The position numbers were made by a program, and so were the translations under genes. 64,000 bases of DNA from an uncultured Clostridium sp. (lineage in GTDB: Bacteria; Bacillota; Clostridia; TANB77; CAG-508): the NCBI GenBank assembly GCA_902491155.1, contig CABUGH010000002.1, forward strand, positions 24,211 to 88,210, given 5' to 3'. A model generated the notes under the pieces. The model was given only the letters and a program-made list of their open reading frames with translations. It searched no databases and had not been told where the DNA came from. Below are positions 10,294 through 20,122 of the stretch, one piece after another; positions within the stretch are counted from its first letter, which is position 1; the number at the start of each line of letters is the position of its first letter.

Positions 10294-12150
10294 TTACAAA
10301 CACATTACGTAAATACAATTTGTTACAAAACAAACCAAAATTCCGCAAATTGTCGGTATTAAAAACGCCAAACCAACCCATTTCCATTTACCTGTTTCTT
10401 TCTTTATTGTTAACAAAGTTGTTGTACATGGAAAGTGCAAAACAGTAAAAATCATAACATTTATAGCAGTTAATATATTCCATCCATTTTGTTTTAAAAT
10501 TTCACCTACAGCAAAAGTATCTTCCATATTAGTTAATGTTTTTGCTTTTAAGTAACACATTAAAATTATTGGCAATACTATTTCATTTGCAGGAATACCC
10601 AACACAAATCCTGTTAAAATATATCCATCTAAACCAATCAATCTTGCAAAAGGATCAAAGAAATTCGCAACTATTTGTAATATTGTATCTCCATTTATAT
10701 TAACATTTGCCATTAACCAAATTACAAGTCCTGCAGGTGCTGCCACTTTTATCGCTCTTTTTAATACATATAATGTTCTATCAAATAAAGATCTTATCAA
10801 AATTTTTCCTATTTGTGGTTTCCTATATGGTGGTAATTCCAAAACAAATGATGATGGCATTCCTTTTAAAATTGTTTTGGAAAGTATTTTGGATATTATT
10901 AATGTTAAAAATATTCCAAAAATTATAACACCTATTACACATAATGTAGCTAATATGCTAGAAAACTTTCCATAACTTCCAGCCACAAATATTGTAGCTA
11001 TTGATATTAAAAAAGGAAATCTTCCATTACAAGGAACTAAGTTATTAGTTAATATTGCTATTAACCTTTCTCTTGGTGAATCTATTATTCTACATCCTGT
11101 TACACCACAAGCATTACATCCAAACCCCATACACATAGTTATCATTTGCTTTCCAGTGCAACATGCCTTTTTAAAAAATTTATCCATATTAAAAGCTATT
11201 CTTGGCAAATATCCTAAATCTTCTAAAAATGTAAAAAGTGGAAAAAATATTGCCATAGGTGGTAACATTACAGATACTACCCATGTTAATGTTTGATAAA
11301 CACCTAATATTAACATATTCGAAAGCCATTCTGGCACATGTACTACAATAGCAAAATTTATTAGTTTTTCCTGTATCCATCCAAAAAATTTAAATAATAT
11401 TTTTGATGGATAATTTGCTCCTATAATAGTTATCCAAAATATTAATGCTAAAAATAACATCATTATCGGAATTCCAAATTTTTTAGAAGTAAGGATTTTA
11501 TCTACTTTTCTATCTCTATTACTATAATTTTTATCTTGAAACGTACACACTTCTTTGCATACCTGCTCAGCTCTATTTAAAACCTGTTCGACTTTGCCTT
11601 CTTCATTTATATTTTCAGTATATTCTATATTTTGGGGAGTACATTTTATTTTTCCTATAGACACATCATAAATCACATTTTTTAAATGCTCTAATGTTTT
11701 TTTCTTTTTTGCTGTTGTTCCAACAACAGGTATACCCAAAATTTCAGATAATTTTTTAAAATCAATTTTTATTTTTTTCTTTTTTGCTTCATCTAATAAA
11801 TTAACACACAAAATCACATTAGATGTCATTTCCATTATTTGAAAAGCCAAATTCAAATTTCTTTCTAAACACGTACTATCAACAACTACAACCGTAACGT
11901 CAGCTTTTCCTGAACATATGTAATCTCTTGCTATTTTCTCCTCTTCTGAACGTGACATTAAAGAATATGTACCTGGTATATCTACAAATAAAAATTCTCT
12001 TCCAAAAATTACTGCTTTTCCTGTTGCATTTTCTACTGTTTTACCTGGCCAATTTCCAGTATGTTGATGCATTCCTGTTAAATTGTTAAAAATTGTTGAT
12101 TTTCCGACATTTGGATTTCCTGCAAGTGCTACTGTATAATTTTCTTTCAT
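10294..12150 (-). CDS. feoB: Ferrous iron transporter B
   Basis: G-domain GNPNVGKST followed by a polytopic membrane domain; GGAGG RBS. Confidence 0.95.
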   Translation of the reverse strand: MKENYTVALAGNPNVGKSTIFNNLTGMHQHTGNWPGKTVENATGKAVIFGREFLFVDIPGTYSLMSRSEEEKIARDYICSGKADVTVVVVDSTCLERNLNLAFQIMEMTSNVILCVNLLDEAKKKKIKIDFKKLSEILGIPVVGTTAKKKKTLEHLKNVIYDVSIGKIKCTPQNIEYTENINEEGKVEQVLNRAEQVCKEVCTFQDKNYSNRDRKVDKILTSKKFGIPIMMLFLALIFWITIIGANYPSKILFKFFGWIQEKLINFAIVVHVPEWLSNMLILGVYQTLTWVVSVMLPPMAIFFPLFTFLEDLGYLPRIAFNMDKFFKKACCTGKQMITMCMGFGCNACGVTGCRIIDSPRERLIAILTNNLVPCNGRFPFLISIATIFVAGSYGKFSSILATLCVIGVIIFGIFLTLIISKILSKTILKGMPSSFVLELPPYRKPQIGKILIRSLFDRTLYVLKRAIKVAAPAGLVIWLMANVNINGDTILQIVANFFDPFARLIGLDGYILTGFVLGIPANEIVLPIILMCYLKAKTLTNMEDTFAVGEILKQNGWNILTAINVMIFTVLHFPCTTTLLTIKKETGKWKWVGLAFLIPTICGILVCFVTNCIYVMCL

Positions 12151-12262
12151 GAAAAACCTCCTTCATAAAAGTTTTATTATTATCATTTTATGAAAAAGGT
12201 TTTTTTTGGTTACAATTACTAACTTAACCAAAGCAAACATTAGCATTTATCATTACAATTTT

Positions 12263-12484
12263 TTATTCTAAAATATCAATTACTTTTGTATCTTCTTCTC
12301 TTATTGCTATTAATGTACCTCTAATATCAAATGCTTTTGGATCTCCTGATGGACTTATTAATACAGGTGTTATTTTTGTTCCTTTTATCATGCCTAAGTC
12401 TAATAACCTTCGTTTTATGTCCTTTTGGCAATTTATTTTTAATATTTTACCTGTTTTATTTATTTCTAACTCATTTAATTTCAT
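12263..12484 (-). CDS. feoA: FeoA-family iron transport protein
   Basis: 73-aa SH3-like FeoA sequence upstream of feoB. Confidence 0.85.
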   Translation of the reverse strand: MKLNELEINKTGKILKINCQKDIKRRLLDLGMIKGTKITPVLISPSGDPKAFDIRGTLIAIREEDTKVIDILE

Positions 12485-12551
12485 ATCAAATTTTATTCCT
12501 CCATATTATATTATATTTCGACTTTTTTATTTAGTAACACTTTTTATATAT

Positions 12552-12594
12552 AAAAAAAGAAGGTTTTCTAAAATAGAAAACTCCTTCTTTTTTA
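12552..12594 (-). terminator. Terminator after spoVS
   Basis: AGAAGGTTTTCTA-AAA-TAGAAAACTCCTTCT hairpin followed by a T-run on the - strand. Confidence 0.7.
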
Positions 12595-12597
12595 CAT

Positions 12598-12861
12598 CTA
12601 TGCTCTTGATTCAACAATCAATTTAATACCTGTTCTATCCTCTCCTTCTACTTCAACTTCGGCAAATGCTGGAATACAAACTAGGTCTACTCCTGATGGT
12701 GCTACAAAGCCTCTTGCTATAGCTACTGCTTTTACAGCTTGATTTAAAGCTCCTGCTCCTATTGCTTGCATTTCTGCTCTGTTTGATTCTTTTACTAATC
12801 CTGCAATTGCACCCGCAACTGAATTTGGATTTGATTTTGACGAAATTTTTAAAACTTCCAT
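12598..12861 (-). CDS. spoVS: Stage V sporulation protein S
   Basis: MEVLKISSKSNPNSVAGAIAG..., highly conserved 86-87 aa family; AGGAGG RBS. Confidence 0.95.
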   Translation of the reverse strand: MEVLKISSKSNPNSVAGAIAGLVKESNRAEMQAIGAGALNQAVKAVAIARGFVAPSGVDLVCIPAFAEVEVEGEDRTGIKLIVESRA

Positions 12862-13072
12862 TATTTTTCCTCCTACTAATAAAATATTTTTTGTTGCAAC
12901 TTTTATGAATTTATTTTACAGTATTTGGAAATTTTTGTAAATAGTTTTTTAATATTTTTTTAAGTTTTCATCGCAAAATTCAAGTGTTTTAAATTATTTT
13001 CGACATATTACGACAATAACATTTTTTAATCTTTATTAATCCTCTTTTTATAAATTAATTGATAAAATTCTT

Positions 13073-13852
13073 TTAATTTACATTTTTTGCTATACGCTCT
13101 ATTTTAATAACTTTATTTGTCTTGTCATCAATATCAAATATTACACCATTAAACATACATTCACCTTCGGCAATTTTATATCTTTCTGGTAATGTTGTTT
13201 CAAATCTTTTTATTGACGCATTAATATTCATTCCTATTACAGAATTTTTTGGACCTGTCATACCTATATCTGTAATATATCCAGTTCCATTTGGCAATAT
13301 TTTTTCATCTGCTGTTTGTACATGTGTATGTGTTCCAAAAAGTGCTGTTATTTTTCCATCCAAATAATATCCCATCGCTATTTTCTCTGCTGTTGCTTCT
13401 GCATGGAAATCAACTATAATTATATCAACTTTATCCGAAATTTGCCCTACAATTGATTTAGCTTTTAAAAATGGGTTTTCTGATAATACTGCTATATCAA
13501 CTCTACCTATTAAATTTATAACTGCTATTTTTTTGTTATCTTTTTGATAAATATTATATCCTTTCCCTACAACTCCTTCTGGATAATTTGCTGGTCTAAT
13601 TATTTTAGGGTCATCTATAAATTTAAAAATATCTTTTTTACCCCATGTATGATTTCCCATTGTTACTACATCAGCTCCAGCTTCTACTATATCTTTAAAA
13701 TTCTTTTCTGTTATTCCCATTCCTTCCGCTGAATTTTCTCCATTAACAATTATAAAATCTGGTTGCTTTTCCTGTTTTATTTTTTTTAATTCTTTTTGTA
13801 ATTCTTTTACACCCGCATTTCCTATAATATCTCCAACTGCTAAAATTCTCAT
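13073..13852 (-). CDS. ymdB: YmdB-family metallophosphoesterase (2',3'-cyclic-nucleotide phosphodiesterase)
   Basis: MRILAVGDIIG..GENSA..GNH motifs; RBS GAGAGGAA precedes the ATG at 13850-13852, so the track ORF N-terminal extension is rejected. Confidence 0.9.
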   Translation of the reverse strand: MRILAVGDIIGNAGVKELQKELKKIKQEKQPDFIIVNGENSAEGMGITEKNFKDIVEAGADVVTMGNHTWGKKDIFKFIDDPKIIRPANYPEGVVGKGYNIYQKDNKKIAVINLIGRVDIAVLSENPFLKAKSIVGQISDKVDIIIVDFHAEATAEKIAMGYYLDGKITALFGTHTHVQTADEKILPNGTGYITDIGMTGPKNSVIGMNINASIKRFETTLPERYKIAEGECMFNGVIFDIDDKTNKVIKIERIAKNVN

Positions 13853-13925
13853 ATGTTTTCCTCTCTTTCTTCTATAAAATAGTTTTAGGAGCCAATTCAA
13901 TTGCAAATTGGCTCCCCAGTATTAA

Positions 13926-14357
13926 TTACATGCACCTTCTCCAAATATTTTCATATGTCTGACTTCCACAACATATAAAATATGTAATTTTGTCCACTTC
14001 TGGCATAAATGCAAAATTGATTGCATTTATAATCTCCATATATGCAGCAGATTTTATTGTATAAATAGCAACCTCTTCTGCTCTACCAAGTTTTCTTTCA
14101 GGCTTTTTGTTTTGTTCTTGCTGTGATTCAAAAAATTGGTAAAGTTTGGATAAGTGCTGGATACTAAGTTCTCCATTCCCAAAAAGACTCATAGCTCTTT
14201 CGATATCTTTGTGTGTAATTGGCTCTTGCAGCAGTGAAATTGATTTTGCTCTATTCCGTGGCTCTGCAATTACTACTTTGTCTCCAGTCTTCAAATTGAT
14301 GAAGTAATCTTCATTTGCACTGTTTTTTTGATGTAACACTGTTCCATAGACTTTCAT
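13926..14357 (-). CDS. Hypothetical protein (143 aa), inserted between rny and ymdB
   Basis: AGGAGGA RBS, no recognisable motif, visibly higher GC than its neighbours. Confidence 0.6.
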   Translation of the reverse strand: MKVYGTVLHQKNSANEDYFINLKTGDKVVIAEPRNRAKSISLLQEPITHKDIERAMSLFGNGELSIQHLSKLYQFFESQQEQNKKPERKLGRAEEVAIYTIKSAAYMEIINAINFAFMPEVDKITYFICCGSQTYENIWRRCM

Positions 14358-14447
14358 TGTTTTGTCCTCCTGTATTAATACTGTTATACTTGTTACATTT
14401 TTTATTATACAACTATTTTACATAATTTTCAAGTAAATTATAAAATT

Positions 14448-14563
14448 ATTGGCACTTATTAGAACATTTTAAAACCCGCGTATCTATTCGTGCACGAAAT
14501 TTGCTTTGCAAATTTCTGTGCATTGTTATATTTTATATTATAAAAAAGTTCTTCGAACTTTCT
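14448..14563. repeat. ~116-bp intergenic repeat, copy A
   Basis: About 85% identical by hand alignment to 19718-19833; contains the hairpin TGCACGAAATTTGC-TTT-GCAAATTTCTGTGCA and a second AAGTTC-N3-GAACTT hairpin. Confidence 0.8.
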
Positions 14564-14630
14564 AAAAGGTAAAAAAACAGACCTAATTATTAAACTATTT
14601 CTAGTCTAAATAATTAGGTCAATTTGCTTT

Positions 14631-16172
14631 TTATTTAGCATAATCTACAACACGTGTTTCTCTTATAACATTTACTTTTATTTGTCCTGGATAATCCATT
14701 TCATTTTCAACACGTTTTGAAACATTTCTTGCTAATACTGTCATTTGATCATCAGAAATTTTATCTGGTTTAACAATAATTCGCACTTCACGACCTGCTT
14801 GAATTGCAAATGATTTTTCTACACCATCAAAAGAATCTGCTATTTCTTCTAAGTTTTGTAGTCTCTTGATATATGCTTCTAAAGTCTCTCTTCTTGCACC
14901 TGGTCTTGAAGCTGAAATTGCATCTGCTGCTTGAACCAAAACTGCTTCCAAAGTTTGTGGTTCAACATCTTCATGATGCGCTTCTACAGCATTTATTACC
15001 AATGGATTTTCTTTATATTTTTTCAATACTTCCACACCTATTTCTACATGTGTACCTTCCATATCATGATCCAAAGCTTTTCCAATATCATGTAATAATC
15101 CTGCTCTTCTAGCTAATTTGGCATCTAACCCCAATTCTTCCGCCATTATTCTTGCTAAATTTGAAACTTCAATAGAATGATTTAATACATTTTGTCCATA
15201 ACTTGTCCTATACTTTAATTTTCCAATTAATCTTACAAGATCTGGATGCAAACCAATAACACCTGTTTCTAATACCGCTCTTTCTCCTTCTGCTTTAATT
15301 GTTTCTGCTAATTCTTGCTTTGCCTTTTCTACTGTTTCTTCAATTTTAGCAGGATGTATTCTTCCATCATCAATTAATTTTTCCAATGTTATTTTAGCTA
15401 CTTCTCTACGTAATGGATCAAATCCTGATAATACTACAGCTTCTGGTGTATCGTCAATTATTAAGTCAACCCCTGTTAGTGTTTCTAACGCTTTAATATT
15501 TCTACCTTCTCTACCTATAATTCTACCTTTCATATCATCACTTGGTAATGCTACTATAGATACTGTTGTTTCTTGAGAATGGTCTGCTGCACATTTTTGT
15601 ATAGCATATGTTAGAACTTCTCTTGCATTTTTCATTGAGTCCTCTTTAGCTGTTCTTGCAGCTGTTCTGATAATTTCTGCCTTTTCTGCTGAAACCTCTT
15701 TGTCTACTTCTTGTAAAAGCTTTTCTTTTGCTTGTTCCTTTGTTAATGACGCTATTTCTTGTAATTTAACAATCTCGTCATCATACATCTTTTTGATTTC
15801 TTCTTTTTGATCTTCCAATTCTTTTATGTGTTTTTCTACTTCTTGCTCTTTTTTCTCGAAATTGTCTGAACGTCTGTCAAGATTCTCCTCTCTTTGTAAT
15901 AGTCTTGTTTCTTGTCTTTGTACCTCGCCTCTTCTTTCTTTAATCTCTTGATCTAATTCTTTTCTACTTGCCATAATTTCTTCTTTTGCTTTAATGATTT
16001 CTTCTTTTTTTAAGTTTTCTGCTTCTATCCTTGCCATATTAACAATTCTTTTAGCTTCTTCCTCAGCATTTCCTACTTTAGATTCTGCAATTTTTTTACG
16101 ATAAATAACCCCTATTATCGCTCCAATTGCTAGTGAGATTAAGACAGCGGCTACTATGACTCCAATGTTCAT
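14631..16172 (-). CDS. rny: Ribonuclease Y
   Basis: N-terminal TM helix, long coiled coil, KH domain (GREGRNI) and HD domain (LLHDIGK). Confidence 0.95.
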   Translation of the reverse strand: MNIGVIVAAVLISLAIGAIIGVIYRKKIAESKVGNAEEEAKRIVNMARIEAENLKKEEIIKAKEEIMASRKELDQEIKERRGEVQRQETRLLQREENLDRRSDNFEKKEQEVEKHIKELEDQKEEIKKMYDDEIVKLQEIASLTKEQAKEKLLQEVDKEVSAEKAEIIRTAARTAKEDSMKNAREVLTYAIQKCAADHSQETTVSIVALPSDDMKGRIIGREGRNIKALETLTGVDLIIDDTPEAVVLSGFDPLRREVAKITLEKLIDDGRIHPAKIEETVEKAKQELAETIKAEGERAVLETGVIGLHPDLVRLIGKLKYRTSYGQNVLNHSIEVSNLARIMAEELGLDAKLARRAGLLHDIGKALDHDMEGTHVEIGVEVLKKYKENPLVINAVEAHHEDVEPQTLEAVLVQAADAISASRPGARRETLEAYIKRLQNLEEIADSFDGVEKSFAIQAGREVRIIVKPDKISDDQMTVLARNVSKRVENEMDYPGQIKVNVIRETRVVDYAK

Positions 16173-16360
16173 AAGTATACACCTCTTTCTTATTTAATTT
16201 TCAATGTACGAATAAAATATATATATGGTCTTTTTAGATATATTTTTTCTTACCACTATTATTTTACATTTAATCTTCTTCACTGTCAAGTGCTTTTTCG
16301 AAAAAAGCTTGCTACCCTTAGAGTTGTAGGCGTAAATTATTTTTTTCTGATTTGGGTACG

Positions 16361-16467
16361 GTGATTCGGGGACGGTGATTCGGGGACGGAGCAAAAATCA
16401 TTAATGATTTTTGCTCCGTCCCCGAATCATCTCCGCTCCGTCCCCGAATCATCTCCGTTCCCGAATC
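16361..16467. repeat. GC-rich REP-like nested palindrome built from GATTCGGGGACGG units
   Basis: Perfect 52-nt palindrome at 16377-16428, plus an outer GATTCGGGGAC / GTCCCCGAATC pair and a degenerate third right-hand unit; located just after the ileS stop. Confidence 0.85.
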
Positions 16468-16476
16468 TGCACTTTA

Positions 16477-19400
16477 TTAAAGCACCTCTACACAAATTTT
16501 CAAGTTTTCACCATTAATATTTGTATCAATATATTCTTTATTAGGTTCATCATATATAATATTATTTGCTAATGTATCATGTTTAATATTAGCTTCAAAT
16601 TTTTTGATTACTTCTTCTAGTTTTTTATTTTCTGCTACATATAAGTTAATTCTATCCAAAACTTCAAATCCGCTATCTTTTCTCATATTTTGTACTTTAG
16701 ATAATATCTCTCTTACATAACCTTCTTCTTTTAATTCTGGAGTTATATGTGTATCTAATACAACACCCATTTCTCCTTCTCCACTAAATGCAAATCCTTC
16801 TTTTCCATGCATTGTTATTAGTAAATTGTCTGAATCTAATCCAATTTCAGTTCCATCTATTTCTATATATTCAACTTTTCCTGCTTTTACTGTTGTTGCT
16901 AATTCCATTTGATTTTTCTTTGCTATTTCTTCTTTGATTCTTGGAATCAATTTTCCATATTCTTTTCCTAGAACTGGTAAGTTTGGCTTGATTTCAAAAT
17001 TTACATAGTCTGACATTTCTGCACCTAATTCTATTTTCTTTACATTTAATTCTTCTTTTACTATATGTGCATAATATTCTGGTAATGTATTTACTGATAT
17101 TAACATTTCTGATAGTGGTTGTCTGTTTTTGATGTTTGCTGCATTTCTTGCACTTCTTCCTAATTTTACTATTTTATATGCTAAATCCATTTCTTTTTCT
17201 AGTTTTTTGTCAATTGCTCTTTCTTCTACTTCTGGCCATAAACATAAATGTACACTTTCAGGCGAATTTTTATCTAATCCTGCTACTAAATTTTGATATA
17301 TTTCTTCTGCCATAAATGGTACAAATGGAGCTATTACTTTACTTAAACTTGTTAATACTTTATATAATGTTACATATGCTCCTATTTTTTCATCATTTAA
17401 TTCTTGTGCCCAGAATCTTTCTCTATTTCTACGTACATACCAGTTTGATAATGTATCAGTAAATTCTTCTATTTGTAGAGCTGCTGCTGTTATATTATAT
17501 TCGTTTAATTTGTCATCTACTTCTTTTATTAATGTATTTAATTTTGAAATTATCCATTTATCCATTATATTTGTTACTTTGTAATCTGCATAATCTAATG
17601 GATTAAATTTATCTATTTCTGCATATAACACATAGAATGAATATACATTCCATAATGTACTTAAAAATCCTCTTTGTGTTTCTTGTACATTTTTTATTCC
17701 TAGTCTTGTTGGTAGCCATGGTGCACTTACTGTGTAGAAATGCCATCTTGTAGCATCTGCTCCTACTGTATCTAATAACGTCATTGGGTCTACACCATTT
17801 CCTTTTGATTTTGACATTTTTTGTCCATGTTCATCTAACACATGTCCTAATACTATACAGTTTTCAAATGGTGTTCTTCCAAATAATGCTGTTCCTATTG
17901 CTGTTAATGTATAGAACCATCCTCTTGTTTGATCTACTGCTTCTGATATAAATCCTGCTGGGAAATTGTTGTCAAACATTTCTTTATTTTCAAATGGATA
18001 GTGCCATTGTGCAAAAGGCATTGAACCTGAATCAAACCAACAGTCTATTACTTCTTTTGCTCTTTTCATTTTCTTACCACATTTTGGACATTTTAAGTAT
18101 ACATTGTCTATATATGGTTTGTGTAATTCGATATCTTCTGGACATTCTATTGCTTTTTCTTTTAATTCTTCTATACTTCCTATACATTCTTGATGTCCAC
18201 ATTCTTCATCTTCACATGTCCATACTGGTAATGGTGTTCCCCAATATCTATCTCTTGAAATTCCCCAATCTATTACGTTTTCCAAGAATTTTCCAAATCT
18301 TCCTGTTCTTATTGTATCTGGATACCAGTTCACTTTGTTGTTATTTGCTACTAATTCGTCACGAAGTTTGCTCATTGCAACAAACCAACTTTCTTTTGGA
18401 TAATATAATAGTGGTGTGTCACATCTCCAACAATGCGGATATGAGTGCATGTGTTTTTCTTTGCTAAATAGTTTGTTTTCGTTTGCTAACCATTTGCATA
18501 TATCTTCATTACAGTCACGTACAAATTTTCCTGCCCATGGTTCTACCTCTGGTACAAATTTTCCTGATTTATCTACTAAGTTTACAAATGCTATTCCATT
18601 TTGTTTTGCAACTAAACTATCATCTTCTCCATATGCTGGTGCTATATGTACTATTCCTGTTCCATCTGTTAACGTTACATAATCTCCGTGAATTACTTCA
18701 AATGCTTTTCCTTCTACTTTGGCAAATGGCATTAATTGCTCATATTTTGTTCCTAGTAAATCTTCACCTTTAAATTCTTTTATTACTTCATATTTTTTAT
18801 CTTTTAATACTGTTGGTATTAAATCTTTTGCTAATATGTATGTTTCTGTTTTGCTTTCTTCTTCGTCTTTACTTACATCTACCTTTACTTCTGCATACAT
18901 GTATGATTTGTTTACACATAATGCTAAGTTTGATGGTAATGTCCATGGTGTTGTTGTCCATGCTAATATATATGTATTTTCTGGTATTTCTTCTCCAGCT
19001 ATTTTTTGTCCTTCTTTTACTTTGAATTTTGCTATACATGTTAAATCTTTTACGTCTTTGTATCCTTGTGCTACTTCGTGTGATGATAATGCTGTTCCAC
19101 ATCTTGGACAATATGGCATTACTTTATGACCTTCATATAGTAAACCTTTTTCCCACATTTGTTTTAATGCCCACCATACTGATTCTATATAATCATTATG
19201 ATATGTTACATATGGATTTTCCATATCTACCCAATATCCTACTTTGTTTGTCATTTCTTCCCACATATGCACATATGTAAACACACTTTCTTTACATTGT
19301 TTTACAAAGTTTTCTACACCATAATCTTCTATTTGTTCTTTTCCTGATATTCCTAGTTTTTTTTCTATTTCTAGCTCTACTGGTAATCCATGTGTGTCCC

Positions 19401-19653
19401 ATCCAGCTTTACGTATTACTTTATAGCCTTTCATTACTTTATATCTTGGAATTATGTCTTTCATTACTCTAGTTTCTATATGCCCTACATGTGGCTTACC
19501 ATTTGCTGTTGGTGGTCCATCATAAAATGTAAAATACCTTTTACCTTCATTCATTGCAAAATTTTTATGGATTATATCTTTTTCTTTCCAAAATTCTGCT
19601 ACATCCCTTTCCATTCCTACAAATCCATTTTTTAGTTCTACTTTTTTATACAT
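16477..19653 (-). CDS. ileS: Isoleucine--tRNA ligase, long (type 2-like) form
   Basis: 1058 aa, [16 protein letters not shown] (HIGH) and KMSKS motifs, preceded by a T-box leader. Confidence 0.95.
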   Translation of the reverse strand: MYKKVELKNGFVGMERDVAEFWKEKDIIHKNFAMNEGKRYFTFYDGPPTANGKPHVGHIETRVMKDIIPRYKVMKGYKVIRKAGWDTHGLPVELEIEKKLGISGKEQIEDYGVENFVKQCKESVFTYVHMWEEMTNKVGYWVDMENPYVTYHNDYIESVWWALKQMWEKGLLYEGHKVMPYCPRCGTALSSHEVAQGYKDVKDLTCIAKFKVKEGQKIAGEEIPENTYILAWTTTPWTLPSNLALCVNKSYMYAEVKVDVSKDEEESKTETYILAKDLIPTVLKDKKYEVIKEFKGEDLLGTKYEQLMPFAKVEGKAFEVIHGDYVTLTDGTGIVHIAPAYGEDDSLVAKQNGIAFVNLVDKSGKFVPEVEPWAGKFVRDCNEDICKWLANENKLFSKEKHMHSYPHCWRCDTPLLYYPKESWFVAMSKLRDELVANNNKVNWYPDTIRTGRFGKFLENVIDWGISRDRYWGTPLPVWTCEDEECGHQECIGSIEELKEKAIECPEDIELHKPYIDNVYLKCPKCGKKMKRAKEVIDCWFDSGSMPFAQWHYPFENKEMFDNNFPAGFISEAVDQTRGWFYTLTAIGTALFGRTPFENCIVLGHVLDEHGQKMSKSKGNGVDPMTLLDTVGADATRWHFYTVSAPWLPTRLGIKNVQETQRGFLSTLWNVYSFYVLYAEIDKFNPLDYADYKVTNIMDKWIISKLNTLIKEVDDKLNEYNITAAALQIEEFTDTLSNWYVRRNRERFWAQELNDEKIGAYVTLYKVLTSLSKVIAPFVPFMAEEIYQNLVAGLDKNSPESVHLCLWPEVEERAIDKKLEKEMDLAYKIVKLGRSARNAANIKNRQPLSEMLISVNTLPEYYAHIVKEELNVKKIELGAEMSDYVNFEIKPNLPVLGKEYGKLIPRIKEEIAKKNQMELATTVKAGKVEYIEIDGTEIGLDSDNLLITMHGKEGFAFSGEGEMGVVLDTHITPELKEEGYVREILSKVQNMRKDSGFEVLDRINLYVAENKKLEEVIKKFEANIKHDTLANNIIYDEPNKEYIDTNINGENLKICVEVL

Positions 19654-19717
19654 AGAAATTCCCCCTTTTTCCTGTATTTAATTTGGTTACATAATAACAA
19701 AATCGGACATTAATAAC

Positions 19718-19833
19718 ATTGGTACTTATTAGAGCATTTTTAAGTCCGCGTATTTGTTCGCGCGCGAAATTTGCTTTGCAAATTTCTGTGCATTGTTATA
19801 TTTTGTATTCTAGAAAGTTCTAAGAACTTTCCA
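19718..19833. repeat. ~116-bp intergenic repeat, copy B
   Basis: Same orientation as copy A; lies between the T-box terminator and the ileS start codon. Confidence 0.8.
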
Positions 19834-19840
19834 AGAATAC

Positions 19841-20098
19841 AAAAAAGCTATTTACATCCTTTTAGGACGAAATAGCTTTACTTCCGCGGTACCACCTAAT
19901 TTAATAATCTATCTTTTTTGATTATTCACTCTATTTTCTTTAACGCAGATTTACGTCTTTACTTATTTTCTTTTAGATTTCAGTAAAGAAACATAAGGTG
20001 ATAACATATTATTTTTACTTACCAAATTTGCAGCTACCTTTGGCTCTCTTTAAGTTATTACACAATATGTGTTGTCCTTATTTTGTCTTTTTTATTTA
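19841..20098 (-). promoter_or_regulatory. T-box riboswitch leader (Ile) of ileS
   Basis: The reverse strand has four elements. AGAGAG..GGTAGCTG at the stem I base; a candidate specifier GAA-ATC (19976-19978); the T-box sequence ATTAGGTGGTACCGCGGAAG (19881-19900); and the terminator AAAGCTATTT..AAATAGCTTTTTT (19841-19879). Confidence 0.8.
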
Positions 20099-20105
20099 TG
20101 CCCAT

Positions 20106-20117
20106 ATTATAACACAC
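20106..20117 (-). promoter_or_regulatory. Extended -10 promoter element for the ileS leader
   Basis: Reverse strand TGTGT-TATAAT just after the clpC stop; no clear -35. Confidence 0.35.
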
Positions 20118-20122
20118 TTTTT

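Noticed and set aside
14446-14523. 25-codon ORF (MHRNLQSKFRARIDTRVLKCSNKCQ) on the - strand inside repeat copy A
   Set aside because: No Shine-Dalgarno sequence. The copy B version is cut to 17 codons by a stop, so it is not conserved as coding. Hairpin conservation fits an RNA/DNA element better.
16194-16394. 66-aa - strand ORF from the track
   Set aside because: No RBS. It lies in the rny promoter region and runs into the REP-like repeat, so its translation is dictated by the repeat units. Most likely spurious.
16361-16467. Possible CRISPR array because of the repeated 13-mers
   Set aside because: The units are in inverted orientation, abut one another with 0-7 nt between them, there are no spacers of 25-40 nt and no cas genes. 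This is a nested palindrome, not a CRISPR.
18416-19129. Stack of overlapping + strand ORFs inside ileS, with similar stacks inside polC (25254-27875), typA (54618-55729), nrdD, clpC and the FGE gene
   Set aside because: All are antisense to long, well-supported genes and lack RBSs. Their low-complexity L/F/I/S-rich translations are the expected artefact of a low-GC genome with few stop codons in the antisense frame.
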